Shown: positions 49,560-58,270, counted from the stretch's first letter. The stretch: DNA of 64,000 nt from an uncultured Chloroflexia bacterium (GCA_963720495.1 CAVRFU010000011.1:246-64245); one strand, 5' to 3'. Notes: generated from the sequence alone by a model not told the origin. Translations and numbers: made by a program.

Positions 49560-50739
49560 CCCGGCTGGCTGACCGGTCGATGGAGATCGTGCTCCGCAAC
49601 CGGGTCCTGTTCGGGGTCGGCGCCCTCGAGCGGCTCCCGGAGGCCGTCGCGGCCGCCGGTGGCACGCGCGTCTTCGTCGTCACGGACCCGGGCGTGCGTG
49701 GCGTCCGGCGTGATCGACCGGGTGCTGGCCATCCTGGCCGCGGCAGACGTGGAGGCGTCCGTGTTCGCCGGCGTCGAGCCGAACCCCGGCGCCTCGACGG
49801 TCGAGCGCGGCGCCGAAGCGCTCCGCACCTTCGGGCTGGGCGGCACGGTGGTCGTCCCGGTCGGTGGCGGCTCGTCGATGGATACCGCCAAGGCTCTCGA
49901 CCTGCGCGCGACCAACGACCAGCCCGTCTGGGATCTCGAGTACGACGGTCCGGACCTCGAGCCCGGGCGCCCGGTCGTGGCGGTGCCGACGACCGCCGGG
50001 ACCGGTGCCGAGACCAACTCCTTCGCGGTCATCACGGACGAGGACGGCCGGACGCAAGGGCTACATCGGCCATCCGTCCCTGCTGCCGGTGACGACGATC
50101 CTCGATCCGGCGCTGACCCTCGGGCTGCCGCCGGCGGCGACGGCCGCGACCGGCATCGACGCGATGACCCATTCGCTCGAATCGCTGCTCTCGGCCAACC
50201 CCAACCCGTTCGCCGAGGCGATGGCGCTCGGCGTCATCAGGACCATCGGCACGTGGCTGCGGCGTGCGGTCGCGGACGGCACGGACATCGAGGCGCGATC
50301 CCAGATGCTGATGGCCTCGCACCTCGCCGGTGTCGGGCAGGCCAGCGGCACGGGTGTCGGCCTCGTCCACGCGCTGGGCCACTCCATCGGGACGCGCGGG
50401 GCCGTCGCCCACGGCACGGCGCTCGCGGCCGTCCTCCCCGAGGTCCTGCGCTTCTATCTCGGGACGCGCGACCGCGAGCTGGCGCTGGTCGGGATCGCGC
50501 TGGGGGTCGCCACGAGCGCCGAGTCCGAATCGACCGCCGCCGCCGTCGCGATCGGCGCGATCGACAAGCTGCTCCGAGACGTCGACCAGCGCCCCAGCCT
50601 GCGGGGCCTCGGCCTGGCCGACGATGCCGCCATCGACCGGCTCGTCACCGACACCCTCGACGACGCGGCCATCCGCAACTCGCCGCGGCTGCCGACCGCG
50701 GTCGAGGCGCGCGCGATCCTCGAGGCCGTCGCCGGCTGA
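49556..50739 (+). pseudogene. iron-containing (type III) alcohol dehydrogenase, two frame breaks near 49697-49701 and 50049-50053
   Basis: Segment 1 is VLFGVGALERLPEAVAAAGGTRVFVVTDPGV (ORF 49556). Segment 2 is ASGVIDRVL...VGGGSSMDTAKA...VPTTAGTGAETNSFAVITDEDGR (ORF 49659 frame). Segment 3 is KGYIGHPSLLPVTTILDPALTLGLPP...GIDAMTHSLE...VHALGHSIG...HG (ORF 49864 frame). ATGA overlap with soxD. Confidence 0.8.
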
Positions 50740-50748
50740 CGGGCCGGG

Positions 50749-51690
50749 CTACAACAGGGGCACGACCTCGCCGATCCACCGCTCGAGGGACTCGGTGTCG
50801 TACGGCGCCGGGTGCTCCGAGATGAACGTCCGGAAGCCGAGCTCGACGTACGGGCGCATCCGGTCCGCGATCTCCTCGGGCGTGCCGTTCCAGAACGTCT
50901 GATCGTCGGCGACGTCGGCCATCGGCGTCCGGTTGTGGGCCATCGCGGCCGCCCAGACGCGATCGGCCTCCGCCTTGGTATCGCGGATCGTGACCTTGAG
51001 CCCGAACGTGAATTCGATCTCGGCGATGTCGCGCCCCACCGCGTCGCAGTGGCCGCGCAGGACCTCGATCTTGTGGGTCATCCGCTCCAGCGACCCCATC
51101 CCGTTCCACATGTCGGCGTAGCGGGCGACCGTCCGGAGCGTCTTCTTCTCGCCGCTGCCCCCGATCATGATCGGCAGGTGGGCCTGGACCGGGACGGGCA
51201 GGTGCTGGGCGTCCCGGAACGCATAGTGGCCGCCCGGCGCCGAGCTGACGGTCTTGCCATCGAGGAGCCCGCGCATCGCGCCGACCGATTCGTCGAGCCA
51301 GTCGAGCCGCTCACCGAACCCGCTGCCGAAGTCGATGCCGTGGGCCGTGTGCTCCGGCTCCATCCACGCGCCGCCGACGCCCAGGATCGCCCGGCCGTTG
51401 CTGGCGTGGTCCAGGGTCGCCACGGACTTGGCGACGATCCCCGGGTTGCGGAACGTGTTGGCGCCGACCAGGAGGCCGAGCCGGGTCCGCTCCGTCTCGC
51501 GCGCCCAGCCGTTGAGCAGCGACCAGCCTTCGAAGATCGGCTGGTGCGGGTCGCCGAAGATCGCGTAGACGTGGTCCCACGTCCACAGATGGGCGTAGCC
51601 AAGACGGTCGACCAGCCGGGCGGCGTCGAGCATCTCGGCGTAGGTCGCCGCCTGGCTCCAGAGCAGGATCCCGAGCTTGATGTCGGACAT
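50749..51690 (-). CDS. luciferase-like monooxygenase family, probably an F420-dependent oxidoreductase
   Basis: LGYAHLWTWDH, LGLLVGANTFRNPG, ILGVGGAW, PIMIGGSGEKKTLR. Confidence 0.85.
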   Translation of the reverse strand: MSDIKLGILLWSQAATYAEMLDAARLVDRLGYAHLWTWDHVYAIFGDPHQPIFEGWSLLNGWARETERTRLGLLVGANTFRNPGIVAKSVATLDHASNGRAILGVGGAWMEPEHTAHGIDFGSGFGERLDWLDESVGAMRGLLDGKTVSSAPGGHYAFRDAQHLPVPVQAHLPIMIGGSGEKKTLRTVARYADMWNGMGSLERMTHKIEVLRGHCDAVGRDIAEIEFTFGLKVTIRDTKAEADRVWAAAMAHNRTPMADVADDQTFWNGTPEEIADRMRPYVELGFRTFISEHPAPYDTESLERWIGEVVPLL

Positions 51691-51741
51691 GGGACAGGCC
51701 TCCGGGCTGGGCGTGTGGAGGGCCCGAGTGTAGGCGTCGGC

Positions 51742-52572
51742 CTACGGCAGCGTCGCCAGGTCGCCCTCGATCAGCTCGCGATCGTCCCGGTCGGCGATCC
51801 CGTCCAGGGCCGCCGTTGCCCTTGCCTTCCAGGCGGCGACCTCGGCGGCGTCGCCCGCCACGAGGTAGGCCCGGGCCATCGCCTCGTACGCCGAGGCGAT
51901 GTCCCAGTCGACCGAGCCGGCCGCCTCGTTGATGGCCAGGCACCGGCGCGCATGCCACAGGGCCGGCTCCGCCCGGCCGAGGACCGCGTAGACCCGTGAG
52001 CACTGCCATTCGCCGCGGGCGAGGTTGACCGGGTCCCGGTCGGCGACCTCGCCCCAGTGGTAGCGCGAGGCGTGGGCGCTGTGGATCATCTCGTCGTCCT
52101 GCTCGGGCGTGCGGTCAGGCAGCTCGAGCAGGGTCCAGGTGTGGTTGAACAGGTCGGCGGCGAGCGTTCGACGGGTCGTCGCGTCGAGCTCGGTCGGGGC
52201 GGCGGATGGGGCGGTCATGGCAAGCGGGTCCTCCGAGCTGAGCTGGCCGAGGATGTGCAGGACGCGCTGGAGCCGGAACGTCCGGGCCTCGATCCGGGCG
52301 CGGTGCTCGCGCATCAGCCGCCGGCGTTCGGCCGGGTCGTCGGCGGCGAGGAACAGGCGGATCGTGTCGAGCGGGACCTCGAGATCCCGCAGTCGGACGA
52401 TCAGCCGCGCGGTCTCCAGCTGGCCGCGTCCGTACAGCCGGTAGCTCGTGAACGGGTCGGTCCGGGCCGGCCGGAGGAGGTCGAGCTCGTCGTAGTGGCG
52501 CAGCGCCCCGACACTCAACCCGGCCAGCCGGGCGAACCGCCCGATCGTCAGCAGGTCGTCCATCGAGCGCAT
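51742..52572 (-). CDS. MerR-family transcriptional regulator with a helical C-terminal domain
   Basis: LTIGRFARLAGLSVGALRHYDELDLLRP...YRLY HTH, followed by a coiled-coil region. Confidence 0.85.
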   Translation of the reverse strand: MRSMDDLLTIGRFARLAGLSVGALRHYDELDLLRPARTDPFTSYRLYGRGQLETARLIVRLRDLEVPLDTIRLFLAADDPAERRRLMREHRARIEARTFRLQRVLHILGQLSSEDPLAMTAPSAAPTELDATTRRTLAADLFNHTWTLLELPDRTPEQDDEMIHSAHASRYHWGEVADRDPVNLARGEWQCSRVYAVLGRAEPALWHARRCLAINEAAGSVDWDIASAYEAMARAYLVAGDAAEVAAWKARATAALDGIADRDDRELIEGDLATLP

Positions 52573-52632
52573 CGTGGACCCTCGGCCGACCCGAGAGTCA
52601 AGGGCCTTGGCGCAGCCGCCGGAACCTGGCCC

Positions 52633-52911
52633 TCAAGCGTTGTCCAGCTCGCGGTCCACGGCGCGGAGGATGAAGCGGGCGGCCTCGGCGCTCTTGCCAC
52701 CGAGCTTCTCGCCCTCGTCCTGCTCGAGCGCCAGCATCAGGTCGTTGAGGTACTGCTCCATCGCGGCCGTCCGCGCCAGGTCGCCCGCCGCGAACGCCTC
52801 GTCCAGACGCGCCACCGCGGCCCGTGCGTTGTCCACGGTGTGGCCCTTGGCCGCGATCAGCTCGCGAACCTCGGCCCGGGCCGTGGCCGCTGCGTCACCC
52901 TCCGTCGTCAT
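52633..52911 (-). CDS. small hypothetical helical protein (92 aa)
   Basis: MTTEGDAAATARAEV... with ATGA overlap to the upstream GNAT stop. Only this part of ORF 52633..53667 is used. Confidence 0.45.
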   Translation of the reverse strand: MTTEGDAAATARAEVRELIAAKGHTVDNARAAVARLDEAFAAGDLARTAAMEQYLNDLMLALEQDEGEKLGGKSAEAARFILRAVDRELDNA

Positions 52912-53583
52912 CGCCACCGCCCGAAGGTCCGGCGCGATCGCTCCGCCGCCCCGACCTCGACGACACCCGGCTCCTCCACGCCCGCCTCGGTCGACGGGAC
53001 CGTCAGGCCACCGTCGCGGCGCGCCCGCCAGTCCGACTCGAGGACGCTCATCGCCAGCTCGTCCCACCACCGACCGTCGCGCCAGATCGACTCGCGCGAG
53101 CGGCCCTCGACCACGAACCCGCAGCGCTGGTAGGCGCGGATGGCGCGGACGTTGAACTCGAAGACGTACAGCGCGATCCGATGAAGGCCGAGCGTCCCGA
53201 AGGCGTGATCGACCATCAGCTGGGTGGCCTCGGTGCCCATCCCGCGTCCCCAGGCGTCCGCCTCGCCGATCGTGATGTGGTAGAGCGCGGAGCCGTTGTC
53301 GCCGTCGAGCTGGCTGAACGCACAGGTCCCGATCGAGCCGGTCGGTCGCCTTCTCGTGGACGGCCATCGCGAGCGCGTCGGTGCCGAGGACACGCGCCGC
53401 GAAGAAGCGCTCGATCTCCTCCGGTCGCATCGGCGTCGGCTGGTACCGCGCCAGCCGGGCGATCTCGGGGTCGGCGTACCAGCGCTGGAACGCGGCGATG
53501 TTCCCCGGCGCGTGCCTCCGGAGGACGACCCGCGAGCCGATCAGCGCCTCCGGGAACCACGGTTTCTGCACCATCCCGGGCAC
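52908..53583 (-). pseudogene. GNAT-family N-acetyltransferase (RimJ/RimL-like), frame broken near 53331-53337
   Basis: The N-terminal part VVLRRHAPGNIAAFQRWYADPEIARL...AMAVHEKATDRL is in the frame of ORF 52633..53667. The continuation IGTCAFSQLDGDNGSALYHITIGEADAWGRGMGTEA...HRIALYVFEFNVRAIRAYQRCGF is ORF 52908..53393 in frame +1. Start is GTG 53583 (GGAGGG 10 nt upstream) or ATG 53574. Confidence 0.7.
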
Positions 53584-53599
53584 GGTATACCATCCCTCC

Positions 53600-55309
53600 A
53601 TGCGTCGCTGGAGCGAGCTCGCCGAGCGCCTCGCGGCGACCACCCGGACCTCCGAGAAGACGGCCATCCTGGCCGACTACTTCCGATCGGTCACGCCCGA
53701 CGAGCTCCCCATCGCGGCGGTCTTCCTGACCGGACGCCCCTTCGCCGAGGCGGATCAGCGCGCGGCGGGGCTCGGCTGGTCGGCCATCGCGTCGACCGTG
53801 ACCGACCTCGGCAAGGTCCCGCGGTCCGCGCTTGGCGAGGCGTACGACCGGTCGTCCGACCTGGGCATCGCCGTGGCCGAGGTCCTGACCGCCGCCGGCC
53901 ACCAGCCGCCGCCCGAGACGAGCCCGACCCTGCCCGAGGTGGCGGCCGCCTTCACCGAGATCGAGCTGGCCTCCGGGCCGGCCCGCAAGTCGGCCATCCT
54001 GCGCTCGCTCCTCGAGCGGGCCGACCCGCTCACGGCCAAGTACATCGTCAAGGTCCTGGGCGGCGACCTCCGGATCGGCCTGCGCGAGGGCCTGGTGGAG
54101 GCCGCCATCGCGAAGGCGTTCGACCGCCCGCTCGACGACGTCAAATGGGCGGGCATGCTCGTCGGCGACGTCGGGCGGCTGGCCGGCCTCGCGCGTGACG
54201 ACGAGCTCGGCAACGCGGCCCTGGCCCTGTTCCATCCGCTCAAGTTCATGCTCGCCTCCCCGGCGGAGGACGCCACGGAGATCGTCACCCGGCTCGGGCC
54301 GGAGGTCTGGGTGGAGGACAAGTACGACGGCATCCGCGCCCAGCTCCACAAGCGCGGCGCGGACGTCCGTCTGTACTCGCGCGACCTGCACGACATCAGC
54401 ACGGGCTTCCCGGAGATCGTCGAGGCGGCCATCCCGCTCGGCTGGGATGGGATCCTGGACGGCGAGATCCTCGGCTGGCGGGACGGGATGGTGCTGCCGT
54501 TCATCGCGCTCCAGGGGCGGCTCGGCCGGAAGTCGCCGTCGGCGGCGATCCAGGCCGAGGTGCCGGTCATCTTCGTGGCCTTCGATGCGCTCGCGGTCGG
54601 CGCCGGCGGCGACGAACCGGTCGAGGCACTCCTGCGGGAGCCGTTGACCGAGCGCCGGGGCCGCCTGGACGCACTGGACCTGCCGCTCGTCGCGGACGGC
54701 GGCCGGTTCACCCGCTCGCACCTGAGCGTCGCGGCGGACGTCGACGCGCTCGAGACCGCGTTCGCCGATTCGCGTGCGCGGCGCAACGAGGGGCTCATGG
54801 TCAAGGACCCGGACAGCATCTACGCGCCGGGCCGGCGCGGCCTGGGCTGGCTGAAGATGAAGAAGGCGCTGGCCACGATCGACTGCGTGGTCGTCGGCGT
54901 GGAGGTCGGCCACGGCAAGCGTCACGGCGTGCTGTCCGACTACACCTTCGCCGTGCGCGACACGGAGCACGACAAGCTGGTCAACATCGGCAAGGCGTAC
55001 AGCGGACTGACCGACGCCGAGATCGCCGAGATGACGCGCTGGTTCGAGGCTCACACGATCGCCCGCTTCGGCCGCTACCACCAGGTCGAGCCGACCGTCG
55101 TCGTCGAGATCGCCTTCGACGTCATCGTCCGCTCGAACCGCCACGGCTCGGGCTTCTCGCTGCGCTTCCCGCGGATCGCCCGGCTGCGGCCGGACAAGAC
55201 CGTCGACGAGATCGACACCGTCGAGACCGTGACCGCGCTGTACGAGGGGCTCCAGCACGGCGCCGAGCTCCTCGTGACGGCCGGCTCGAAGGCGCGCCCG
55301 GCCGGCTAA
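53600..55309 (+). CDS. ATP-dependent DNA ligase (N-terminal DNA-binding, adenylation and OB domains)
   Basis: VEDKYDGIRAQLH (KxDG adenylation motif), ILDGEILGW, FVAFDAL, EGLMVKDPDSIY, WLKMKK. ATG 53600 lies within ORF 53381..55309. Confidence 0.9.
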   Translation: MRRWSELAERLAATTRTSEKTAILADYFRSVTPDELPIAAVFLTGRPFAEADQRAAGLGWSAIASTVTDLGKVPRSALGEAYDRSSDLGIAVAEVLTAAGHQPPPETSPTLPEVAAAFTEIELASGPARKSAILRSLLERADPLTAKYIVKVLGGDLRIGLREGLVEAAIAKAFDRPLDDVKWAGMLVGDVGRLAGLARDDELGNAALALFHPLKFMLASPAEDATEIVTRLGPEVWVEDKYDGIRAQLHKRGADVRLYSRDLHDISTGFPEIVEAAIPLGWDGILDGEILGWRDGMVLPFIALQGRLGRKSPSAAIQAEVPVIFVAFDALAVGAGGDEPVEALLREPLTERRGRLDALDLPLVADGGRFTRSHLSVAADVDALETAFADSRARRNEGLMVKDPDSIYAPGRRGLGWLKMKKALATIDCVVVGVEVGHGKRHGVLSDYTFAVRDTEHDKLVNIGKAYSGLTDAEIAEMTRWFEAHTIARFGRYHQVEPTVVVEIAFDVIVRSNRHGSGFSLRFPRIARLRPDKTVDEIDTVETVTALYEGLQHGAELLVTAGSKARPAG

Positions 55310-55313
55310 CCGC

Positions 55314-56168
55314 TCAGCGGTCGACCGGCAGGTCCATCCGGTTGCCCCAGTCCGCCCAGCCGCCGTCGTAGACCGCGACGTCCTCGTGCCCGAGCAGGGT
55401 CAGCACGAAGGCGAGCTTGGCCGCCGCGACCCCGGACCCGTCGTAGCAGACCATCCGCCGGCCGCGGGTGACGTTGGCCCGGTGGAGCAGGTCGCGCAGC
55501 GCCGCCCCGTCGCGCAGCCGCTGGCCGCCCGGCTCGCTGGTCGCCCCGACCGGCACGTTGACCGCGCCCGGGATGTGGCCGAGCCGCTTGGTGTTGCCCT
55601 CGAAGCCGTGGTACTCGGCCGGCGCCCGGGCGTCGAGGAGGGTCACGTCCGGCGATCCGAGCAGCCCGCGGACGTCGGTCGTGGTCAGGCGCGTCCGGTT
55701 CGGGCCGCGGACGGTGAAGCCGGCCGTGCCGGGTGCGACCTGCGCGTTGGAGACCGGCCGGCCCTCGGCGACCCAGTCGCCGTAGCCCCCGTCGAGGACC
55801 CGGACGGATTCGAGGCCGTACGCCCGCAGGCTCCACCAGGCGCGTGCCGCGAACAGGCTCTGGCTGTCGTCGTAGACGACGACCGTCGTGTCATCGGTGA
55901 TCCCGGCGCGCACCGCCAGGGTGGCCATCCGGTCCGGTCCGGCGAGGAGGATCGTCTCGCCGTTGTCGCCGTCCTCGATGAGGTCGTGGCGCCAGTCCAC
56001 GAGCGCGGCACCGGGGATGTGGCCGCTGGCGTGGACCGCCGGAGCGCTGCCGTCGGGGCGCCAGCGGAGGTCCAGGACGCGGACCCCGAAACGGTCGAGA
56101 TTCTCCGCCAGCCACTCCGTGGTGGCCAGGATCTCTGGACGGGCCAGGCCACTCATCGCCGGTATCAT
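55314..56168 (-). CDS. sseA: tandem-rhodanese thiosulfate/3-mercaptopyruvate sulfurtransferase
   Basis: Two rhodanese domains (HIPGAALVDW; active-site loop MVCYDGSGVAAA; GGWADWG). Start is ATG 56168 or 56156. Confidence 0.85.
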   Translation of the reverse strand: MIPAMSGLARPEILATTEWLAENLDRFGVRVLDLRWRPDGSAPAVHASGHIPGAALVDWRHDLIEDGDNGETILLAGPDRMATLAVRAGITDDTTVVVYDDSQSLFAARAWWSLRAYGLESVRVLDGGYGDWVAEGRPVSNAQVAPGTAGFTVRGPNRTRLTTTDVRGLLGSPDVTLLDARAPAEYHGFEGNTKRLGHIPGAVNVPVGATSEPGGQRLRDGAALRDLLHRANVTRGRRMVCYDGSGVAAAKLAFVLTLLGHEDVAVYDGGWADWGNRMDLPVDR

Positions 56169-56189
56169 ACGGCCGTGGTCGTCCCCTCC

Positions 56190-57413
56190 ATGCCGGATCC
56201 GGAGAAGCTGGCGGCCGTCCGGACGGCCATCCCGTCCCTCGCCGCCGGCATCTACCTGAACACGGGTGGCGTCGGTCCGCTCCCGGCCGAGACGGCCGCG
56301 GCCATGGCCGACATCGCCACGTACGAACGCGACGTCGGGCGGGCGCACCCCGACTACTTCGCCGAGTTCCTCGGCCGGATGGACGAGGCGCGGGCCGGCG
56401 TGGCGGCCGTGCTCGGCACGGACGTCGCCGCCGTCGGCCTGACCCACGCCGCGACGGACGGGATGAACGCCGCGAGCCTCCTGCCCGACTGGCGGCACGG
56501 CGGCCGGATCGTGACCACGACCAACGAGCACGCCGGCGGCCTCGGCCCGCTGTACGCGCTGCGCGAGCGGTACGGCGCGGAGATCGCGTTCGTGAACGCC
56601 GGCGCGGACGGCGACGACGACGCGACGATCGCCGCCTTCGACGCCGCGATCACGCCCGGTACCCGGCTGGTCTCGCTCTCGCACGTGCTGTGGACGACCG
56701 GCGCGGTCATGCCCGTCGCCGCGATCGCGGCGCTGGCCCACGACCGCGGCGCGTTCGTCGTCGTCGACGGCGCCCAGGCCGCCGGCGCGATCCCGTTCCG
56801 TTTCGACGAGCTGGGCGCGGACGCCTATGCCGTGCCGGCCCAGAAGTGGCTCCTCGGCCCGGAGGGGATGGGCGCCCTCGTGGTCGATCCGGGCGCGATC
56901 GAGCGGCTCGTCCCGGCGCTCGGCGGCTGGTTCACCTTCGAGGAGGCGAACAGCACCGGTCGGGCGCGCTGGTGGCCGGACGGCCGCCGGTTCGAGGCGA
57001 CCGGCTTCCACCGGCCGTCGGTCGTGGGGATGGCCCGCTCGATCGGCTGGCTGTCGATGTTCGTGGGCCTCGAGTTCGTCTACCGACGCGGGACGACGAT
57101 GGCCGCGGCGGCCGCGGCGCGCCTCGCGGGGATCCCGGGTGTCACGGTCCTGACCCCGCGCCACGCGATGGCCACCCTGGTGACGTTCCGGATCGCGGGC
57201 TGGCCGGCGGAAGCGGCCCTCGACGAGCTGGGGTCGCGGGTCTTCGCGGTCGCACGAACGATCGAGCCCCTCGACGCGATCCGGATCAGCGTCGGCTTCT
57301 TCACCACGGACGCCGAGCTGGAGCGCCTGGCCGAGGCGGTCGAGCTCCTGGCCGGCAGCACGCCCGCGACGCTGCCGCCCCGGCGCGTCCTCACGATCCT
57401 CGGCGAGGGATGA
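56190..57413 (+). CDS. class V aminotransferase (cysteine desulfurase / kynureninase-like PLP enzyme)
   Basis: YLNTGGVGPLP, VSLSHVLWTTG, VVVDGAQAAG, PAQKWLLGPEGMGAL (PLP Lys). Confidence 0.8.
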   Translation: MPDPEKLAAVRTAIPSLAAGIYLNTGGVGPLPAETAAAMADIATYERDVGRAHPDYFAEFLGRMDEARAGVAAVLGTDVAAVGLTHAATDGMNAASLLPDWRHGGRIVTTTNEHAGGLGPLYALRERYGAEIAFVNAGADGDDDATIAAFDAAITPGTRLVSLSHVLWTTGAVMPVAAIAALAHDRGAFVVVDGAQAAGAIPFRFDELGADAYAVPAQKWLLGPEGMGALVVDPGAIERLVPALGGWFTFEEANSTGRARWWPDGRRFEATGFHRPSVVGMARSIGWLSMFVGLEFVYRRGTTMAAAAAARLAGIPGVTVLTPRHAMATLVTFRIAGWPAEAALDELGSRVFAVARTIEPLDAIRISVGFFTTDAELERLAEAVELLAGSTPATLPPRRVLTILGEG

Positions 57414-57817
57414 GCGATCGCCGCGATCCGGCGACGATCCCGCCGCGCCGGTCGTGGGCGGAGATCCGCTGGCGTCAGTTCCGGCACGCGCCGCGACCCG
57501 TCGTGCGCGCGGTGGCGGCCAGCCTGAGCGTGGCGGTCGTGCTCGCGATCGCGTACCTCGTGTACGACCTCGCCCTCAGCCGCGGTGCGGTCCTGCCGGG
57601 GGGCGACCTGCGCACGCTGGCCGTCGCGATCTACGTCGTCCTCGTGCTCGTCATCGGCAGCCTCGTCACGTATCTCGTGGTCCCCCAGCCGACGGGCTCG
57701 GGAACCGTCGTGCGTCGGAGCGCCTGGAGCGCGGCGCTGGGGTTCTTCGCCGCCGTGCCGATCGCGTACCTGGTCATGGTCGTCGCCGTCCAGGTGATCC
57801 GGCCGCTGTTCGGCTGA
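57410..57817 (+). CDS. small membrane protein (3 predicted TM helices)
   Basis: ATGA overlap with the upstream gene. Helices AASLSVAVVLAIAYLVY, LAVAIYVVLVLVIGSLVTYLVV, FFAAVPIAYLVMVVAV. Confidence 0.55.
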   Translation: MSDRRDPATIPPRRSWAEIRWRQFRHAPRPVVRAVAASLSVAVVLAIAYLVYDLALSRGAVLPGGDLRTLAVAIYVVLVLVIGSLVTYLVVPQPTGSGTVVRRSAWSAALGFFAAVPIAYLVMVVAVQVIRPLFG

Positions 57818-57970
57818 CGGCCCGAACCGGCGGTGCCGAGGCGCACCGTTTCTGTCATGCGGCTGCATGACGGCTAGCCCATCAGTACCGATACGCGGTA
57901 CTCTCCACTGCGACATCATCCGGGGTGCGACCCACGTTTCGGGCGCATCGCCTTCATCGAGGATTCGCGC

Positions 57971-58270
57971 GTGTCCATCGACGAACAGCACGTCGCGCTG
58001 CCGCAGCTCTACGGTGCCCCGGCCTACGCCCGGCCACCGCTTCTCGTCCCGGAAACGGAGCGCCCGTTCGACCCGGACGAGCTGCCGATCGAGGCCGAGC
58101 GGACCGAGGAGGAGCGGGAATTCACGGCTGCACTCCCGGAGTACGCCTGGACGACACCCGGCGGCGTCAGGATCGGTCGTGACGGGAAGCCGACGACGGA
58201 CGAGGGCCAGGCCCGGCCTCGAAAGCTCCGGCTGCGCGGCATCAGCGGACGCTTCCGCAGCGGCGGCTGA
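57971..58270 (+). CDS. hypothetical protein (99 aa, Pro/Glu-rich)
   Basis: GTG-initiated ORF with strong third-position GC bias. No recognised motif. Confidence 0.4.
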   Translation: MSIDEQHVALPQLYGAPAYARPPLLVPETERPFDPDELPIEAERTEEEREFTAALPEYAWTTPGGVRIGRDGKPTTDEGQARPRKLRLRGISGRFRSGG

